Below are positions 17,697 to 28,412 of a DNA stretch of 45,440 nucleotides, one piece after another. Position 1 is the first letter of the stretch. Each line of letters starts with the position of its first letter. The stretch covers positions 1 to 45,440 of the forward strand of contig JASHPR010000593.1 of the NCBI GenBank assembly GCA_030038015.1, in the 5' to 3' direction. The DNA is from Streptosporangiaceae bacterium. Its GTDB lineage: Bacteria > Actinomycetota > Actinomycetes > Streptosporangiales > Streptosporangiaceae. The notes beneath the pieces were generated by a model, which searched no databases, had not been told where the DNA came from, and worked only from the letters and a program-made list of their open reading frames with translations. The translations under genes and the position numbers were made by a program.

Positions 17697-18456
17697 GCCG
17701 CAGGCCGGTCAGGGTCAGCCACGGCTCGTAAGCGTCGATCACGGCCACCTCATCGAGGACCAGCGGCGCGAGCCCGCCGGTGGCGATGATCGTCACCGAG
17801 TCGGGGTCGCCGGGCGCAAGCTCCTCCGCCATCCGCCGGGCGATGCCCTCGACCTGCCCGGCAAACCCGAAGATGATCCCGGACTGGAGCGACTCGACGG
17901 TGTTCTTGCCAACCACCCGGCTCGGGCGGGTCAGCTCCACCTTGAGCAGCTGGGCGGCCCGCCGCGACAGCGCGTCCACGGAGATCTCGATGCCCGGCGC
18001 GAACGCGCCGCCGATGAACTCGCCGTTCTTGCTGACCGCGTCGAAGTTGGTGGCGGTCCCGAAGTCGACCACAATCGCGGGGCCGCCGTAGAGGTGCACC
18101 GCGGCCAGCGCGTTCATGATCCGGTCGCTGCCGACCTCCTTGGGGTTGTCGGTCCGCACCGGGACGCCCGTCCGGACCCCGGGCTCCACGATGACCGCCG
18201 GGGTGTCCCGGTAATAGCGCCGGAACATCTCCCGCATCTCGTGCAGCACCGAAGGGACCGTCGAGCACAGCGCCAGGCCGCTGATGTCCCCGTCCTTGAC
18301 CTGGGTGCTCTGGGCCAGCAGGCCCCGCAGGGTCACCGCGAGCTCGTCGGCGGTGCGGACGGGGTCGGTGGCTATCCGCCAGTGCTCGATGACCTCCTCG
18401 CCGCAGAACACGCCGAGCACCGTGTTGGTGTTCCCCACGTCGATCGTCAGCAGCAT
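17665..18456 (-). CDS. coaX: type III pantothenate kinase
   Basis: 263 aa. MLLTIDVGNTNTVLGVF (phosphate-1 motif), VDFGTATNFD, ATGGLA. Confidence 0.95.
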   Translation of the reverse strand: MLLTIDVGNTNTVLGVFCGEEVIEHWRIATDPVRTADELAVTLRGLLAQSTQVKDGDISGLALCSTVPSVLHEMREMFRRYYRDTPAVIVEPGVRTGVPVRTDNPKEVGSDRIMNALAAVHLYGGPAIVVDFGTATNFDAVSKNGEFIGGAFAPGIEISVDALSRRAAQLLKVELTRPSRVVGKNTVESLQSGIIFGFAGQVEGIARRMAEELAPGDPDSVTIIATGGLAPLVLDEVAVIDAYEPWLTLTGLRLAYERNVTDG

Positions 18457-18474
18457 GGCACTCCTTCGCGCCGA

Positions 18475-19374
18475 TCAGGACTTGCCGTCGAGGGCGACCG
18501 GCGCGTTGTCGATGAGCCGCGTCGTGCCGCACCACGCCGCGACCAGGAGCAGCGCCTGGCCCTGGTAGCCGTCGCCGGCCCCGGTGAAGGTGACCGGGTC
18601 CGCCAGCTCCAGGTAGTCGAGCACCATGGGCGGCTCGGTGCCCGCGGCGCTGTCGAGCACGGCCCGCGCCGCGCCGAGCACGGCGGCCGGGCCCGCGGAT
18701 GCGGCCGCCGTCCCTGCCTCCAGCGCCCGCGACAGCGCCAGCGCCGTCACCCGCTCGCCGGGCGAGAGGTAGGCGTTCCGGCTGGAAATGGCCAGGCCGT
18801 CGGGATCCCGCACGACCGGGACCGCGGCGATCTCCACGCCGAGGTCGAGGTCGGCGGTCATCCGCCGGACCAGCGCGAGCTGCTGCGCGTCCTTCTGGCC
18901 GAACACCGCCACGTCCGGCCTGGTGAGCTGGAAGAGCTTCAGCACCACCGTGAGCACGCCGGCGAAGAAGCCGGGCCGGGAGCCGCCCTCGAGAACCTCA
19001 CCCACCGGCCCCGGGTCGACCCGGACCAGCGGCGGCGACGGGAACATCTCGTCCGGGGACGGAACGAACACCACGGCGGCCCCCTCCTCGGCGCAGACCG
19101 CCAGGTCCTGTTCCAGGGTCCGCGGGTAGCTGCCGAAGTCCTCGCCGGCCCCGAACTGGAGCGGGTTGACGAATACCGAGACGACGACGGTTCCCTCGGC
19201 GCCGGCGGTCTCCCTGGCCAGCCGGAGCAGGGCCCGGTGCCCCTGGTGCAGCGCACCCATCGTGGGGACCAGCACGACAGGCCCGTGCAGGCCGGCCCGG
19301 GTGGCGGCGAGGCCGGCCTTTGTCCTGACAAGAACGGGCCGCCCCGTGGCGGGCCTGGCCGCGCCGGCGCTCAT
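18475..19374 (-). CDS. panC: pantoate--beta-alanine ligase
   Basis: 299 aa. [15 protein letters not shown] (HIGH-like motif), [20 protein letters not shown]. Confidence 0.95.
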   Translation of the reverse strand: MSAGAARPATGRPVLVRTKAGLAATRAGLHGPVVLVPTMGALHQGHRALLRLARETAGAEGTVVVSVFVNPLQFGAGEDFGSYPRTLEQDLAVCAEEGAAVVFVPSPDEMFPSPPLVRVDPGPVGEVLEGGSRPGFFAGVLTVVLKLFQLTRPDVAVFGQKDAQQLALVRRMTADLDLGVEIAAVPVVRDPDGLAISSRNAYLSPGERVTALALSRALEAGTAAASAGPAAVLGAARAVLDSAAGTEPPMVLDYLELADPVTFTGAGDGYQGQALLLVAAWCGTTRLIDNAPVALDGKS

Positions 19375-19426
19375 CTGACGGCCTCCCTCGCGGCGCGTCG
19401 CGCCGGAAGGGCTGCCAAAGGGTGTC

Positions 19427-20326
19427 TCATCTCGGCGCTCCGCCGAGCACGCCGAGCAGGCGCTGCGCGTCCGGTGCGGAGAGGGTTCCCGCGGCGACCG
19501 CCCGGTCCGCGGTCAGCCTGGCCAGCGCGAGGTAGGCGGGCAGGATCTCCGGGGCGTCGGCCCGCAGCGCCCGGATGTGGCTGGCGACCGTCTCGGCGTC
19601 GCCGCGCGCGACCGGGCCGGTGAGCGCGGCGTCACCGAGGCGCAGGGCGTTGTCGAGCGCGGCGGACAGCAGCGGGCCGAGCATCCGTGCGGGCTGCGCC
19701 ACGCCCGCGTCCCGCAGCAGGTCGGCGGCCTGCACCACCAGCGTCACCAGGTAGTTGGCGCCGATGGCGAGCGCCGCGTGGTAGAGATCGCGCTCCTCAT
19801 CGGCGATGAAGACGGGCTCGCCGCCGATCTCGACCACCAGCGCCTCGGCCACCGGGCGCAGCGAGCCGGGCGCGGTGACCCCGAAGCTGATCCCGGCCAG
19901 CTTGTCGATGTCGTCGGGCCGCCCGGTGAACGTCATCACCGGGTGCAGCGCAAGCGGCAGCGCTCCCGCACGGACGGCAGGGTCGAGCACGGCGAGGCCG
20001 TGCCGGCCGCTGACGTGCGCCACCAGGCGCCCCTCAAAGGCGGCCCCGGTCGCGGCCAGGCCGGCGACCAGCCCGGGCAGCACGTCGTCGGGGACGGCGA
20101 GCAGGACGAGGTCGGCCGCCGCGACCACGTCCGGCGGCTGCATGATCGCGGCACCGGGCAGGTTCCGCGTCACCCGGCGGACGGACGCGTCGGACACCGC
20201 GGAGGCCGCGACGACCTGGTGGCCCGCACGGCCGAGCGCGACCGCGAGGGCCGTTCCCACCCGGCCCGCGCCCACAACGCCCACCCGGAGCCTGGCCGGG
20301 TGCTCGCCTGGGTTCTCAGGGTTCAT
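19427..20326 (-). CDS. Rossmann-fold / DUF2520 domain protein (Rv3603c-like putative oxidoreductase)
   Basis: ORF 19427..20491. Start moved to ATG 20326 ([28 protein letters not shown], a GxGxxG dinucleotide fold). Conserved position between DUF3180 and panC. Confidence 0.75.
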   Translation of the reverse strand: MNPENPGEHPARLRVGVVGAGRVGTALAVALGRAGHQVVAASAVSDASVRRVTRNLPGAAIMQPPDVVAAADLVLLAVPDDVLPGLVAGLAATGAAFEGRLVAHVSGRHGLAVLDPAVRAGALPLALHPVMTFTGRPDDIDKLAGISFGVTAPGSLRPVAEALVVEIGGEPVFIADEERDLYHAALAIGANYLVTLVVQAADLLRDAGVAQPARMLGPLLSAALDNALRLGDAALTGPVARGDAETVASHIRALRADAPEILPAYLALARLTADRAVAAGTLSAPDAQRLLGVLGGAPR

Positions 20327-20372
20327 GTCGCTGGAGTCCTTACCGGGTACCGGACAGCGGTGATCAGCATAT

Positions 20373-20825
20373 TCACTGGCCATCGTCCTCGCGCCGGGAC
20401 GGGGCCCGGCAGCACCGCTCGAGATACAGGGCGGCGGCAACCAGGACGCCCGCCGACGCGGCCGTGATCCCGGCGTTGATCGCGTCGCCACGCGGGACGG
20501 TCATGTTGAGGAGCCCCGCCGTATAGACGAAGAACCCGGCGGCTATCCCGCCGAACGCGGCGGCGCCCATGGAGCTGGCCTTCGCCAGGGCGGCCATCCG
20601 GGCGACGGCGATCGGCGCGAGCGGCTTGCCGCCGTGGCGGCCCTGGATCCTGGCCCGCAGGTTCCGGCCGCTCAGCGCCTCGGCGGCGGCGAGCACGAGC
20701 AGCGCGGGCGCCCCGCTCCACGGCAGCGTGGGCAGGTCGGCAAAGGAGGACCTGGCCACCAGCCACGCCGCGAGCGCGCATACGGCGGCGACGGCCAGCA
20801 GCGCCCACGGCCGGGTCGGGCTCAT
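20373..20825 (-). CDS. DUF3180 family membrane protein (Rv3605c-like)
   Basis: Start moved to ATG 20825 (MSPTRPWALLAVAAVCALAAWLV), 16 nt after the folK stop. Four predicted TM segments. Conserved position downstream of folK. Confidence 0.7.
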   Translation of the reverse strand: MSPTRPWALLAVAAVCALAAWLVARSSFADLPTLPWSGAPALLVLAAAEALSGRNLRARIQGRHGGKPLAPIAVARMAALAKASSMGAAAFGGIAAGFFVYTAGLLNMTVPRGDAINAGITAASAGVLVAAALYLERCCRAPSRREDDGQ

Positions 20826-20841
20826 GCCGCGGCTCCCGTGG

Positions 20842-21363
20842 TCATGACGGAAGCCGCAGCCGGGCGTCGGGGCGCAGCCGGACACCCCCGGTGCCGACGG
20901 CTGCGAGCAGGTCGGCCACCCGGCCGTGCCCGGGGATCACGGCGTCCGGGTCCACGTCGTGCCAGGGAGCGAGCACGAAGGCGCGCCGGTGTGCGCGCGG
21001 ATGCGGCAGTGTGAGGTCGGGGTCGTCGCTGACCTCGTCCCCGCAGACGATGACGTCGACGTCGAGGGTGCGGGGTCCCCAGCGCTGCGCGCGCACCCGG
21101 TGCAAGGCTGCCTCTGCCGCGCGGCCGCGGTCAAGGACCGTGCGCGCGGGCAGCGCCGTCGCCGCGACGAGCACGGCGTTCAGGTAGTCCGGCTGGTCCG
21201 GCCCGCCGGCCGGCGCGGTCTCGTAGACCGGCGAGACCGCGGCGGCGCCGAAGCCAGGCCCGGCGCACAGGGCATCGACGCCGCCCTGCAGGTTGGCCAG
21301 CCGGTCGCCCAGGTTGCTGCCGAGTGCCAGCACCACCCTTCGCCGCCGCCCCGGGGCCGTCAC
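20842..21363 (-). CDS. folK: 2-amino-4-hydroxy-6-hydroxymethyldihydropteridine diphosphokinase
   Basis: 173 aa. VVLALGSNLGDR, PDQPDYLNAVL, RWGPRTLDVDVI. The GTG start overlaps the folB stop (GTGA). Confidence 0.93.
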   Translation of the reverse strand: MTAPGRRRRVVLALGSNLGDRLANLQGGVDALCAGPGFGAAAVSPVYETAPAGGPDQPDYLNAVLVAATALPARTVLDRGRAAEAALHRVRAQRWGPRTLDVDVIVCGDEVSDDPDLTLPHPRAHRRAFVLAPWHDVDPDAVIPGHGRVADLLAAVGTGGVRLRPDARLRLPS

Positions 21364-21728
21364 CCACGGCTCCGGCGGATGGTGACGGTCACGTCCCCGA
21401 AGGACTGGATCAGCGGCGCATGCGGCTTGTGCACGGTTATCTCAACCTCGCGTACCGCGGGATGGGCCGGCAGGCACGCGGCGGCAAGGCGCTCCGCCAG
21501 CGTCTCGATCAGGGCGACGGGCTCCCCGGAGACGATGCCCGCCAGCGTGCCGGCGACCGCGGCGTAGTCGACGGTCAGCGACAGGTCGTCGGCGGCCGCG
21601 GCCGGCCGGGTGTCCAGCCAGAGCACGGCGTCGACCACGAACTCCTGGCCGTCGCGCCGCTCGTGATCTCCGACCCCGTGCCGCCCGAACGCGCGCAGGC
21701 CGAGCAGGCTGATCCGGTCGGCGGTCAC
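21360..21728 (-). CDS. folB: dihydroneopterin aldolase
   Basis: This is the last 122 codons of track ORF 21360..22553. VTADRISLLGLRAFGRHGVGDHERRDGQEFVVDAVLWLD...TVDYAAV...IETLAERLA. The GTG start overlaps the folP stop (GTGA at 21725-21728). Confidence 0.9.
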   Translation of the reverse strand: MTADRISLLGLRAFGRHGVGDHERRDGQEFVVDAVLWLDTRPAAAADDLSLTVDYAAVAGTLAGIVSGEPVALIETLAERLAAACLPAHPAVREVEITVHKPHAPLIQSFGDVTVTIRRSRG

Positions 21729-22633
21729 CCCCCGCTCCCCGCGGAAGCCCAGCGGGCCGCCACGCGCACGGCGTCGGCGTTCGCCGCGACGGCGTGCACC
21801 CGGACGCACCACGCGCCAGCGGCCGCCGCCAGCGCGGACACCGCGACCGTGGCGCCCTCGCGCTCGCCGACCGGGCGGGGCTCGCCGCCCGCGCCGCGGA
21901 GCAGCGTGCCCAGGAAGCTCTTCCGCGACGCTCCGACCAGCACCGGGAACGGGCGCGCGCCGCCCAGCCTGGAGATCTCGCCAAGCCTGGCCAGCAGTGC
22001 CCAGTTGTGCTGCGGCAGCTTGGCGAAGCCGATCCCGGGGTCCACGATGATCGCGGACTCGTCGACCCCGGCCGCGGTGACCGCGTCGACCTGCCGCCGG
22101 AGCTCGTCGCCGACCTCGCGGACCACGTCCCCGTAGACCGCCCGGTCCTGCATGTCGCGGCTGTACCCGCGCCAGTGCATGACCACGTAGGGCACCCCTG
22201 CGCCGGCCACCACCCTGGCCATGCGCGGGTCCGCCAGGCCGCCGCTGACGTCGTTGACCATCCGCGCGCCCGCGCCGAGCGCGCGCTCGGCGACGCCGGC
22301 CCGCGTGGTGTCCACGCTGACGAGCACGCCGGCGGCGGCGAGCCCGGAGATGACCGGGAGCACCCTGCGGAGCTCCTCGTCCCGGTCCACCCGCCCCGCC
22401 CCGGGCCGGGTGGACTCGCCTCCGACGTCGACGATGTCCGCTCCCTCCGCGGCAAGCCTGAGGCCATGGCACATGGCCACGTCCGGGTCCAGCCAGGCAC
22501 CTCCGTCGGAGAAGGAGTCGGGCGTCACGTTGACGACGCCCATGACCAGGCACCGCCCGGGCTCTGGGAGGCCGGCCGGGCGCGCCCGCTCCGCTCGCTC
22601 TGGCGCGGTCATCGCGGCAGCCTCACTGGTCAT
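21725..22633 (-). CDS. folP: dihydropteroate synthase
   Basis: ORF 21725..22834. Start moved to ATG 22633 (or 22612). VMGVVNVTPDSFSDGG, DIVDVGGESTRPGA, VNDVSGG, DPGIGFAK. Confidence 0.93.
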   Translation of the reverse strand: MTSEAAAMTAPERAERARPAGLPEPGRCLVMGVVNVTPDSFSDGGAWLDPDVAMCHGLRLAAEGADIVDVGGESTRPGAGRVDRDEELRRVLPVISGLAAAGVLVSVDTTRAGVAERALGAGARMVNDVSGGLADPRMARVVAGAGVPYVVMHWRGYSRDMQDRAVYGDVVREVGDELRRQVDAVTAAGVDESAIIVDPGIGFAKLPQHNWALLARLGEISRLGGARPFPVLVGASRKSFLGTLLRGAGGEPRPVGEREGATVAVSALAAAAGAWCVRVHAVAANADAVRVAARWASAGSGG

Positions 22634-22703
22634 AGGCGTCAATCTACGGGGCGCGGCGCGCCCCCGGGACCGCCGGGCGGCCGGAGCGCACGGCCGGGCG
22701 CGG

Positions 22704-24692
22704 CTAGCGCTGGGCGGCGGCGCGGAGCCTGCTGCGGAGCTTGCCGAAGCCGAGCCCGCGTGCCACCCTCCGCGTGATCCTGCGCACCTCGACCGTGGGC
22801 CAGACCAGGAAGGCCTCCGCCTGCAGCGCGGCAAGGCCGATCCTCGGGATGTCCCTGGTGCCGGTGTAGACGAAGAACCTCGGCACCCACTCAGGGCAGA
22901 ACTTCGCGTTGAACTTGTAGAGCGACTCGATCTGGAACCAGCGCGACATGAAGAGCAGCAGGCCCCGCCAGGCCCGCAGCACCGGCCCCGCCCCGATCCG
23001 CTCGCCCCGCTCGAGAGCCGCGCGGAACATGGCGAAGTTGAGCGAGATCCGCTTCACGCCGAGTTCGTGCGCGCGCTTGATGGTCTCGACGATGAGGAAG
23101 TCGTTCAGCCCGGGCTGGGCCGTGCGGTCGCGGCGCATCAGGTCGAGCGACAGGCCGTCCGATCCCCACGGAACGAAGTGCAGGATCGCGCGGAGCACGC
23201 CGTCCTTCGTGGCCGTCGCGATCACGCAGTTCTCGTCGCCCGGGCTGCCGACGCGGCCGAGCGCCATGGAGAAGCCCCGCTCGGTCGGGCTGCCGCGCCA
23301 GGAATCGGCCTGCCGGTTCATCCGGTCGATCTCGGCACGGGAGATGTCGCCGACCCGGCGGACCTCGGCGGCGTAGCCGTTCTTGGCGACCCGGCCCACC
23401 ATCTGCCGGACGTTCCGCATGGACCTGCCCTGCAGCGAGAAGTCGGCGACGTTGACGATGGCCTCGTCGCCGAGTTCCAGCGCGGTCAGCCCGCCGTCCT
23501 CGCGGCACCAGGTCTCCGCGCCGAGCTCGCTGCACCCCAGCACCGCAGGGACCCAGGCGTGCCGGGCCGCCTCATCCAGGAACGCCTGTATCGCCCCCGG
23601 CCAGGCCTCGGGATCGCCGATCGGGTCGCCGCTGGCCAGCATGACGCCGGAGAGGACCCGGTAGCCGATGCAGGCCTTGCCCGTGGGCGACCAGATGATG
23701 CTCTTGTCCGTGCGGAGTGTGAAATAGCCGAGCGAGTCCCGCTCCCCGTGCCGGGAGAGCAGGTCCCGGATCCGGATCGCGTCCCGGGCGCCGAGCCTGC
23801 CCTCTTGCCCGGCCGGGCGGAGGAACAGGTAACCGACGACGATCACGGTGAACAGGCCGAGACCGCCCATCACGAAGCCGAAGACGTCGCCGCGCGTCTC
23901 AGTGGTGAAGTGGACCGGCCCGTTGAAGCCGAGAACGTTGTAGATCGCCGACTGCAGCCGCTGCACGGGTGTGTAGTCGGCTTGCAGGCCGGTGGTGAAC
24001 AAGAGATAGCCAAACCCAATGATGATGTCCGCCGCGGCCAGGCCGCCGGACACCCATACCGCGCGCCAGCGGGTCCTCGGGTCCCCCGTCGCGTAGAACT
24101 CCCGCCGGTAGAGCCACAGCATGACCAGGAGGACCGCTGCGCCGATGACCCCGGCGATGTGGTGCCGGTCGCGCAGCAGAGCGTGGGTGACGACGCTGAA
24201 GGCCAGCAGCAGCATCACGCCCTGCCATGCGCGCTTCTTCCGCTTGCGCAGCCCGTGCGAGAGCATGAGCAGCAACATGCCGACGATGACGTCGGCGATG
24301 CGCGGGAAGATGGTCAGCACGCCCGGCGCGATGTTGTTCAGATTGTGCAGGGAGTGCTTGAGGTGGCTGTATAGCGGCCGGGTCCGCAGGCCCTCGATGA
24401 TGTAGGTCAGGCCGATCAGCAGCGACAGCAGCGCAGCGGTGACCGGCACCCAGCGCCGCTGGTGCTGCCGGTCGGGCGGGCGCGCAGCCGGGTGGTCCCC
24501 GGCGCCGGCGTGCGACTGGGCCGCCGGCTGCTCGGCGGCGGCCCGCCCGGCCGGAACGGTCATGGCGGCACCACGTGACCTGGCGCCGGCACCCGTCTGC
24601 ATCATTTGCTGCGCCTCGCCGGTTTGGGGCTCTCCCGGGTCAAGCCCGCTGCGTTCAGTCATGTCGGACATAGTGGCCGCGCCCCGCGTCAC
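22704..24692 (-). CDS. MprF-like aminoacyl-phosphatidylglycerol synthase (DUF2156 / LPG-synthase C domain) without a fused LysRS
   Basis: 662 aa (start uncertain: GTG 24692, ATG 24671 or 24662). Disordered N-terminus, about 6 TM helices, then a cytoplasmic domain: FVPWGSDGLSLDLMRRD...NDFLIVETI...ISLNFAMFRAALERG...FQIESLYKFNAKFCPEWVPRFFVY. Confidence 0.8.
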   Translation of the reverse strand: MTRGAATMSDMTERSGLDPGEPQTGEAQQMMQTGAGARSRGAAMTVPAGRAAAEQPAAQSHAGAGDHPAARPPDRQHQRRWVPVTAALLSLLIGLTYIIEGLRTRPLYSHLKHSLHNLNNIAPGVLTIFPRIADVIVGMLLLMLSHGLRKRKKRAWQGVMLLLAFSVVTHALLRDRHHIAGVIGAAVLLVMLWLYRREFYATGDPRTRWRAVWVSGGLAAADIIIGFGYLLFTTGLQADYTPVQRLQSAIYNVLGFNGPVHFTTETRGDVFGFVMGGLGLFTVIVVGYLFLRPAGQEGRLGARDAIRIRDLLSRHGERDSLGYFTLRTDKSIIWSPTGKACIGYRVLSGVMLASGDPIGDPEAWPGAIQAFLDEAARHAWVPAVLGCSELGAETWCREDGGLTALELGDEAIVNVADFSLQGRSMRNVRQMVGRVAKNGYAAEVRRVGDISRAEIDRMNRQADSWRGSPTERGFSMALGRVGSPGDENCVIATATKDGVLRAILHFVPWGSDGLSLDLMRRDRTAQPGLNDFLIVETIKRAHELGVKRISLNFAMFRAALERGERIGAGPVLRAWRGLLLFMSRWFQIESLYKFNAKFCPEWVPRFFVYTGTRDIPRIGLAALQAEAFLVWPTVEVRRITRRVARGLGFGKLRSRLRAAAQR

Positions 24693-24873
24693 GGAGCACC
24701 AGAGTAGTCATGGACGGCAGACGATGCGGGCAAACCCTGAACACGGCGGACCTCCCCGAGCGAACCGCTTCCCCGCCGGGAAGGCGATAAGGCAGTCGCG
24801 TCCATCGGTCTTGGATCCCTTCAGCCATCTTTGAGACGCTCCCGGCGCCCCTCTGGTTCCGCTCAGTTGAAAC

Positions 24874-25464
24874 TCAGCGGCGACCCAGCACCAGGCTCAT
24901 GGCCTCGGCCCTGGTCCGGTCGGAGTCCAGGAATATCCCGCGAACCGCGGATGTCACGGTCTTGGCTCCTGGCTTTCGCACGCCGCGCATGGACATGCAA
25001 AGGTGCTCCGCTTCTATCACTACGATAACGCCGCGCGGCTCCAGCACGTTCATGAGCGCATCGGCGATCTGGCTCGTCATCCGCTCCTGCAGCTGCGGCC
25101 GCCGGGCGTACAGGTCAACGAGCCTGGCCAGCTTGGATAGCCCAGTGATCTGCCCCTTTTCGTTCGGTATGTAGCCGACGTGGGCGAGCCCGAAGAACGG
25201 CGTCAGGTGGTGCTCGCAGGTGCTGTACAGCTCGATGTCCCTGACCAGCACCATCTCTTCATGGTCGGCGTCGAAAACGGTGGTGAGCACGTCCTCGGGC
25301 CGCTTTCGCAGCCCGGCGAACTGCTCCGCGTAGGCCCGGGCGACGCGCGCAGGAGTCTCGCGCAGGCCCTCCCGGTCCGGATCCTCGCCGATCGCGACCA
25401 GGATCTCGCGTACCGCACGCTCGATCCTGGTCAGGTCGACCGGCGAGTGGTCAAGCTCGGTCAA
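24874..25464 (-). CDS. folE: GTP cyclohydrolase I
   Basis: 196 aa. [46 protein letters not shown]. The start codon (TTG as listed) overlaps the ftsH stop by 4 nt. Confidence 0.93.
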   Translation of the reverse strand: MTELDHSPVDLTRIERAVREILVAIGEDPDREGLRETPARVARAYAEQFAGLRKRPEDVLTTVFDADHEEMVLVRDIELYSTCEHHLTPFFGLAHVGYIPNEKGQITGLSKLARLVDLYARRPQLQERMTSQIADALMNVLEPRGVIVVIEAEHLCMSMRGVRKPGAKTVTSAVRGIFLDSDRTRAEAMSLVLGRR

Positions 25465-27551
25465 CGGCTGCCGCCCGCCGGGCCCCCTGGGGAGCCGCCC
25501 GGCGCGCCGTCATCGGGGTTGTGCTGCGGGGATCCGTAGCTGCCCGGGGCGATCGCCGGGGCGGCGGACCCTTCGGCGCTGCCCGCGCCCAGGGCCTGCC
25601 CGTTGCCGCTCCCTGGCTGCTCCCCGTCCGACGCGGCGATCAGGGCCATCTCCTTGGGCGTGAGCACCGGCGGCCGGTCGGAGGGGAGCCGCTTGCCGTA
25701 ACCGGTGTAGGAGCCGCGGGTCGGGCGCTGCCGGATCGGACTGAAGATCTCCAGCACCTGCTCCCTGGACAGCGTCTCGTGCTCCATCAGCTTCAGCACC
25801 AGGTTGTCCAGCACGTCGCGGTACTGGACCAGGATCTCCCAGGCCTCGTCGTGCGCGGACTCGATCAGCCTGCGCACCTCCTCGTCGATCGCGGAGGCGA
25901 TCTCCTCGGAGTAGTCCCGGCTGTGCGACATCTCCCGGCCGAGGAACGGCTCGCCGTCGCCGCTGCCGAACTTGCGCGCGCCGAGCCGCTCACTCATCCC
26001 GTACTCGGTGATCATGCCGCGGGCGATCTGGCTCGCCTTCTCGATGTCGTTGGCGGCGCCGGTGGTCGGCTCGTGGAACACCAGCTCCTCGGCCGTCCGC
26101 CCGCCGAGCAGCATGGCCAGCTGGTCCATCATCTCGGCACGGCTGACCAGGAACTTGTCCTCGGCTGGGGCCGACGCGGTGTAGCCCAGGGCCCGGCCGC
26201 GGGGGATGATGGTGATCTTGTGCACCGGGTCAGCGTGCGGCAGCGCGTGCCCGACCAGCGCGTGCCCGCCCTCGTGGTAGGCGATGATCTTGCGCTCCTT
26301 CTCGGAGAGCAGCACGCTCTTGCGCTTGGGCCCGGCCGTGACCCGGTCGATCGCCTCCTCGAGCGAGATCATCGAGATCTGGGTGGTGTTGGCCCGCGCG
26401 GTCAGCAGCGCACCCTCGTTGATCACGTTGGCCAGGTCGGCGCCGGTGAACCCGGGGGTCCGGCGGGCGATGATGTCGAGGTCGACGTCCGGCGCGAACG
26501 GCTTGCCGCGCGCGTGCACCCGCAGGATGCCCTTGCGGCCGGCCAGGTCAGGCTGGGCGACCACGATCTGGCGGTCGAACCGGCCCGGGCGCAGCAGCGC
26601 CGGGTCCAGGATGTCCGGCCGGTTCGTGGCCGCGATCACGATGACGCCGCCCTTGGTGTCGAAGCCGTCGAGCTCAACCAGCAGCTGGTTCAGCGTCTGC
26701 TCCCGCTCGTCATGGCCACCGCCGAAGCCGGCCCCGCGGTGCCTGCCGACGGCGTCGATCTCGTCGACGAAGACGATGGCGGGGGCATTGGCCTTGGCCT
26801 GCTCGAACAGGTCGCGCACCCGGGAAGCGCCAACGCCGACGAACATCTCGACGAAATCCGAGCCGGAGATGGAGTAGAACGGCACGCCTGCCTCGCCCGC
26901 CACGGCACGGGCCAGCAGGGTCTTGCCGGTCCCTGGCGGCCCGTAAAGCAGCACGCCCTTGGGGATCTTCGCGCCGATCGACTGGAACTTGCCCGGGCTC
27001 TGCAGGAACTCCTTGATCTCCTGCAGCTCCTCGATCGCCTCGTCAGCGCCGGCGACGTCGGCGAACGTGGTCTTCGGGGTGTCCTTGGTGATCAGCTTCG
27101 CCTTGGACTTCCCGAAGTTCATCACCCGGGAGCCGCCACCCTGCATCTGATTCATGATGAACAGGAAGAACAGGATGATAATGATGAACGGCAGCCAGTC
27201 AAAGATGACGTCGAAGATCGAGCTGCCCTTGGGCGGCTGGACGTTGTAGCCCTGGGGCAGGTTGCCCTTGGCGTACTGCTGCTGCAGCAGGGTGGCCAGC
27301 GTCTGGCCCTGGTTGCCGACCCACGACGCCTGCAGCGGCTGGCCGCTCTTGGGCGTGATCTCGATGGTCTGCGTCGAGTCGATCAGCAGGGCGGACTTGA
27401 CCTGCCCCTGCTCGATCATGCTGACGACTTGCGAGGTGTCGGCGGGCTTGTACGAGGTGCCCGAGCTCGCGTAGCGGTACAGGAAGAAAAACAGCAGCAG
27501 GACAACGAGGATGGCGACGAACGGCCCGCGGAAATAACGCTTCAGATCCAT
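25461..27551 (-). CDS. ftsH: ATP-dependent zinc metalloprotease FtsH
   Basis: 696 aa. Two N-terminal TM helices, Walker [32 protein letters not shown], Zn site HEGGHAL. Gly/Ser/Pro-rich C-terminal tail. Confidence 0.97.
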   Translation of the reverse strand: MDLKRYFRGPFVAILVVLLLFFFLYRYASSGTSYKPADTSQVVSMIEQGQVKSALLIDSTQTIEITPKSGQPLQASWVGNQGQTLATLLQQQYAKGNLPQGYNVQPPKGSSIFDVIFDWLPFIIIILFFLFIMNQMQGGGSRVMNFGKSKAKLITKDTPKTTFADVAGADEAIEELQEIKEFLQSPGKFQSIGAKIPKGVLLYGPPGTGKTLLARAVAGEAGVPFYSISGSDFVEMFVGVGASRVRDLFEQAKANAPAIVFVDEIDAVGRHRGAGFGGGHDEREQTLNQLLVELDGFDTKGGVIVIAATNRPDILDPALLRPGRFDRQIVVAQPDLAGRKGILRVHARGKPFAPDVDLDIIARRTPGFTGADLANVINEGALLTARANTTQISMISLEEAIDRVTAGPKRKSVLLSEKERKIIAYHEGGHALVGHALPHADPVHKITIIPRGRALGYTASAPAEDKFLVSRAEMMDQLAMLLGGRTAEELVFHEPTTGAANDIEKASQIARGMITEYGMSERLGARKFGSGDGEPFLGREMSHSRDYSEEIASAIDEEVRRLIESAHDEAWEILVQYRDVLDNLVLKLMEHETLSREQVLEIFSPIRQRPTRGSYTGYGKRLPSDRPPVLTPKEMALIAASDGEQPGSGNGQALGAGSAEGSAAPAIAPGSYGSPQHNPDDGAPGGSPGGPAGGSR

Positions 27552-27835
27552 CGACGAACGGCCGCGCCGCTAGCGGGCCGACCCCTCCTGACGAGCCTCA
27601 GGTCCCGCCGGCCTCCGGCGGGACTGCCTTGCGAACCAGCGCCCACGCGCAGTTTTCCTTTCTGCCCGCCTGGTAAACGGCAATAATCGACGGTACACCG
27701 CGCCGGCCCATGCTGACACGCAGGAGGCGCCTCCGGCCGCCACAGCCTCCGCCCGGTCCCTACCCCGGTGAACGTATTTCATCTCCGTATGTGTTCCCCG
27801 GCGGTGCGGCCGCCTTCCCCGGCCGGCCCGGGCCC

Positions 27836-28411
27836 TCAGGCGGGTAACTCGGCAGCGGCGGCGCTGCGCTCCTGCCCCCCGTAGACGTGCGGGGCCAGGG
27901 TGCCGATGAACGTCAGGTTCCGGTAGCGCTCGGCATAGTCGAGCCCGTAGCCGATGACGAAGGCGTCCGGTATGTCGAAGCCGGTGTAGGCGACGTCGAC
28001 GTCCACCCGCGCGGCGCCGGGCTTGCGCAGCAGCGCACACACCCGCAGCGAGGCGGGGCCGCGCGACTGCAGGTTCCTGACCAGCCAGGACAGGGTCAGG
28101 CCCGAGTCGATGATGTCCTCGACGACCAGCACGTGGCGGCCGGTGATGTCGGTGTCCAGGTCCTTGAGGATGCGCACCACGCCCGAGGATCTGGTGCCGG
28201 ATCCGTAGGACGAGACCGCCATCCAGTCCATCTGGACCGGCAGCCGCATGGCCCGGGCGAGATCGGCCATGACCATGACCGCGCCCTTCAGCACTCCGAC
28301 CAGGAGCAGTTCGCGATCGGCGTAATCCGCGTCGATCCGCGCGGCAAGCTCCGCGATGCGCTGCTGCAGGCGTTCCGCGCTGATCAGCACCTGCTCGAGA
28401 TCGGCGCCCAT
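27836..28411 (-). CDS. hpt: hypoxanthine phosphoribosyltransferase
   Basis: ORF 27836..28468. Start moved to ATG 28411 ([11 protein letters not shown]), 1 nt after the tilS stop. PRPP loop [14 protein letters not shown], then KPGAARVDV...[16 protein letters not shown]. Confidence 0.92.
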   Translation of the reverse strand: MGADLEQVLISAERLQQRIAELAARIDADYADRELLLVGVLKGAVMVMADLARAMRLPVQMDWMAVSSYGSGTRSSGVVRILKDLDTDITGRHVLVVEDIIDSGLTLSWLVRNLQSRGPASLRVCALLRKPGAARVDVDVAYTGFDIPDAFVIGYGLDYAERYRNLTFIGTLAPHVYGGQERSAAAAELPA

Positions 28412-28412
28412 G

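Noticed and set aside
18457-18474. No panD between panC and coaX (panC-panD-coaX in M. tuberculosis). The gap here is only 18 nt.
   Set aside because: Gene order for panD varies among actinobacteria, and the gene may lie elsewhere in the genome. Absence from one window is not evidence of pathway loss.
21729-22553. Upstream 275 codons of the 397-aa ORF 21360..22553.
   Set aside because: Only the last 122 codons are folB. The remainder is an out-of-frame overlap of folP with Arg/Gly-rich nonsense.
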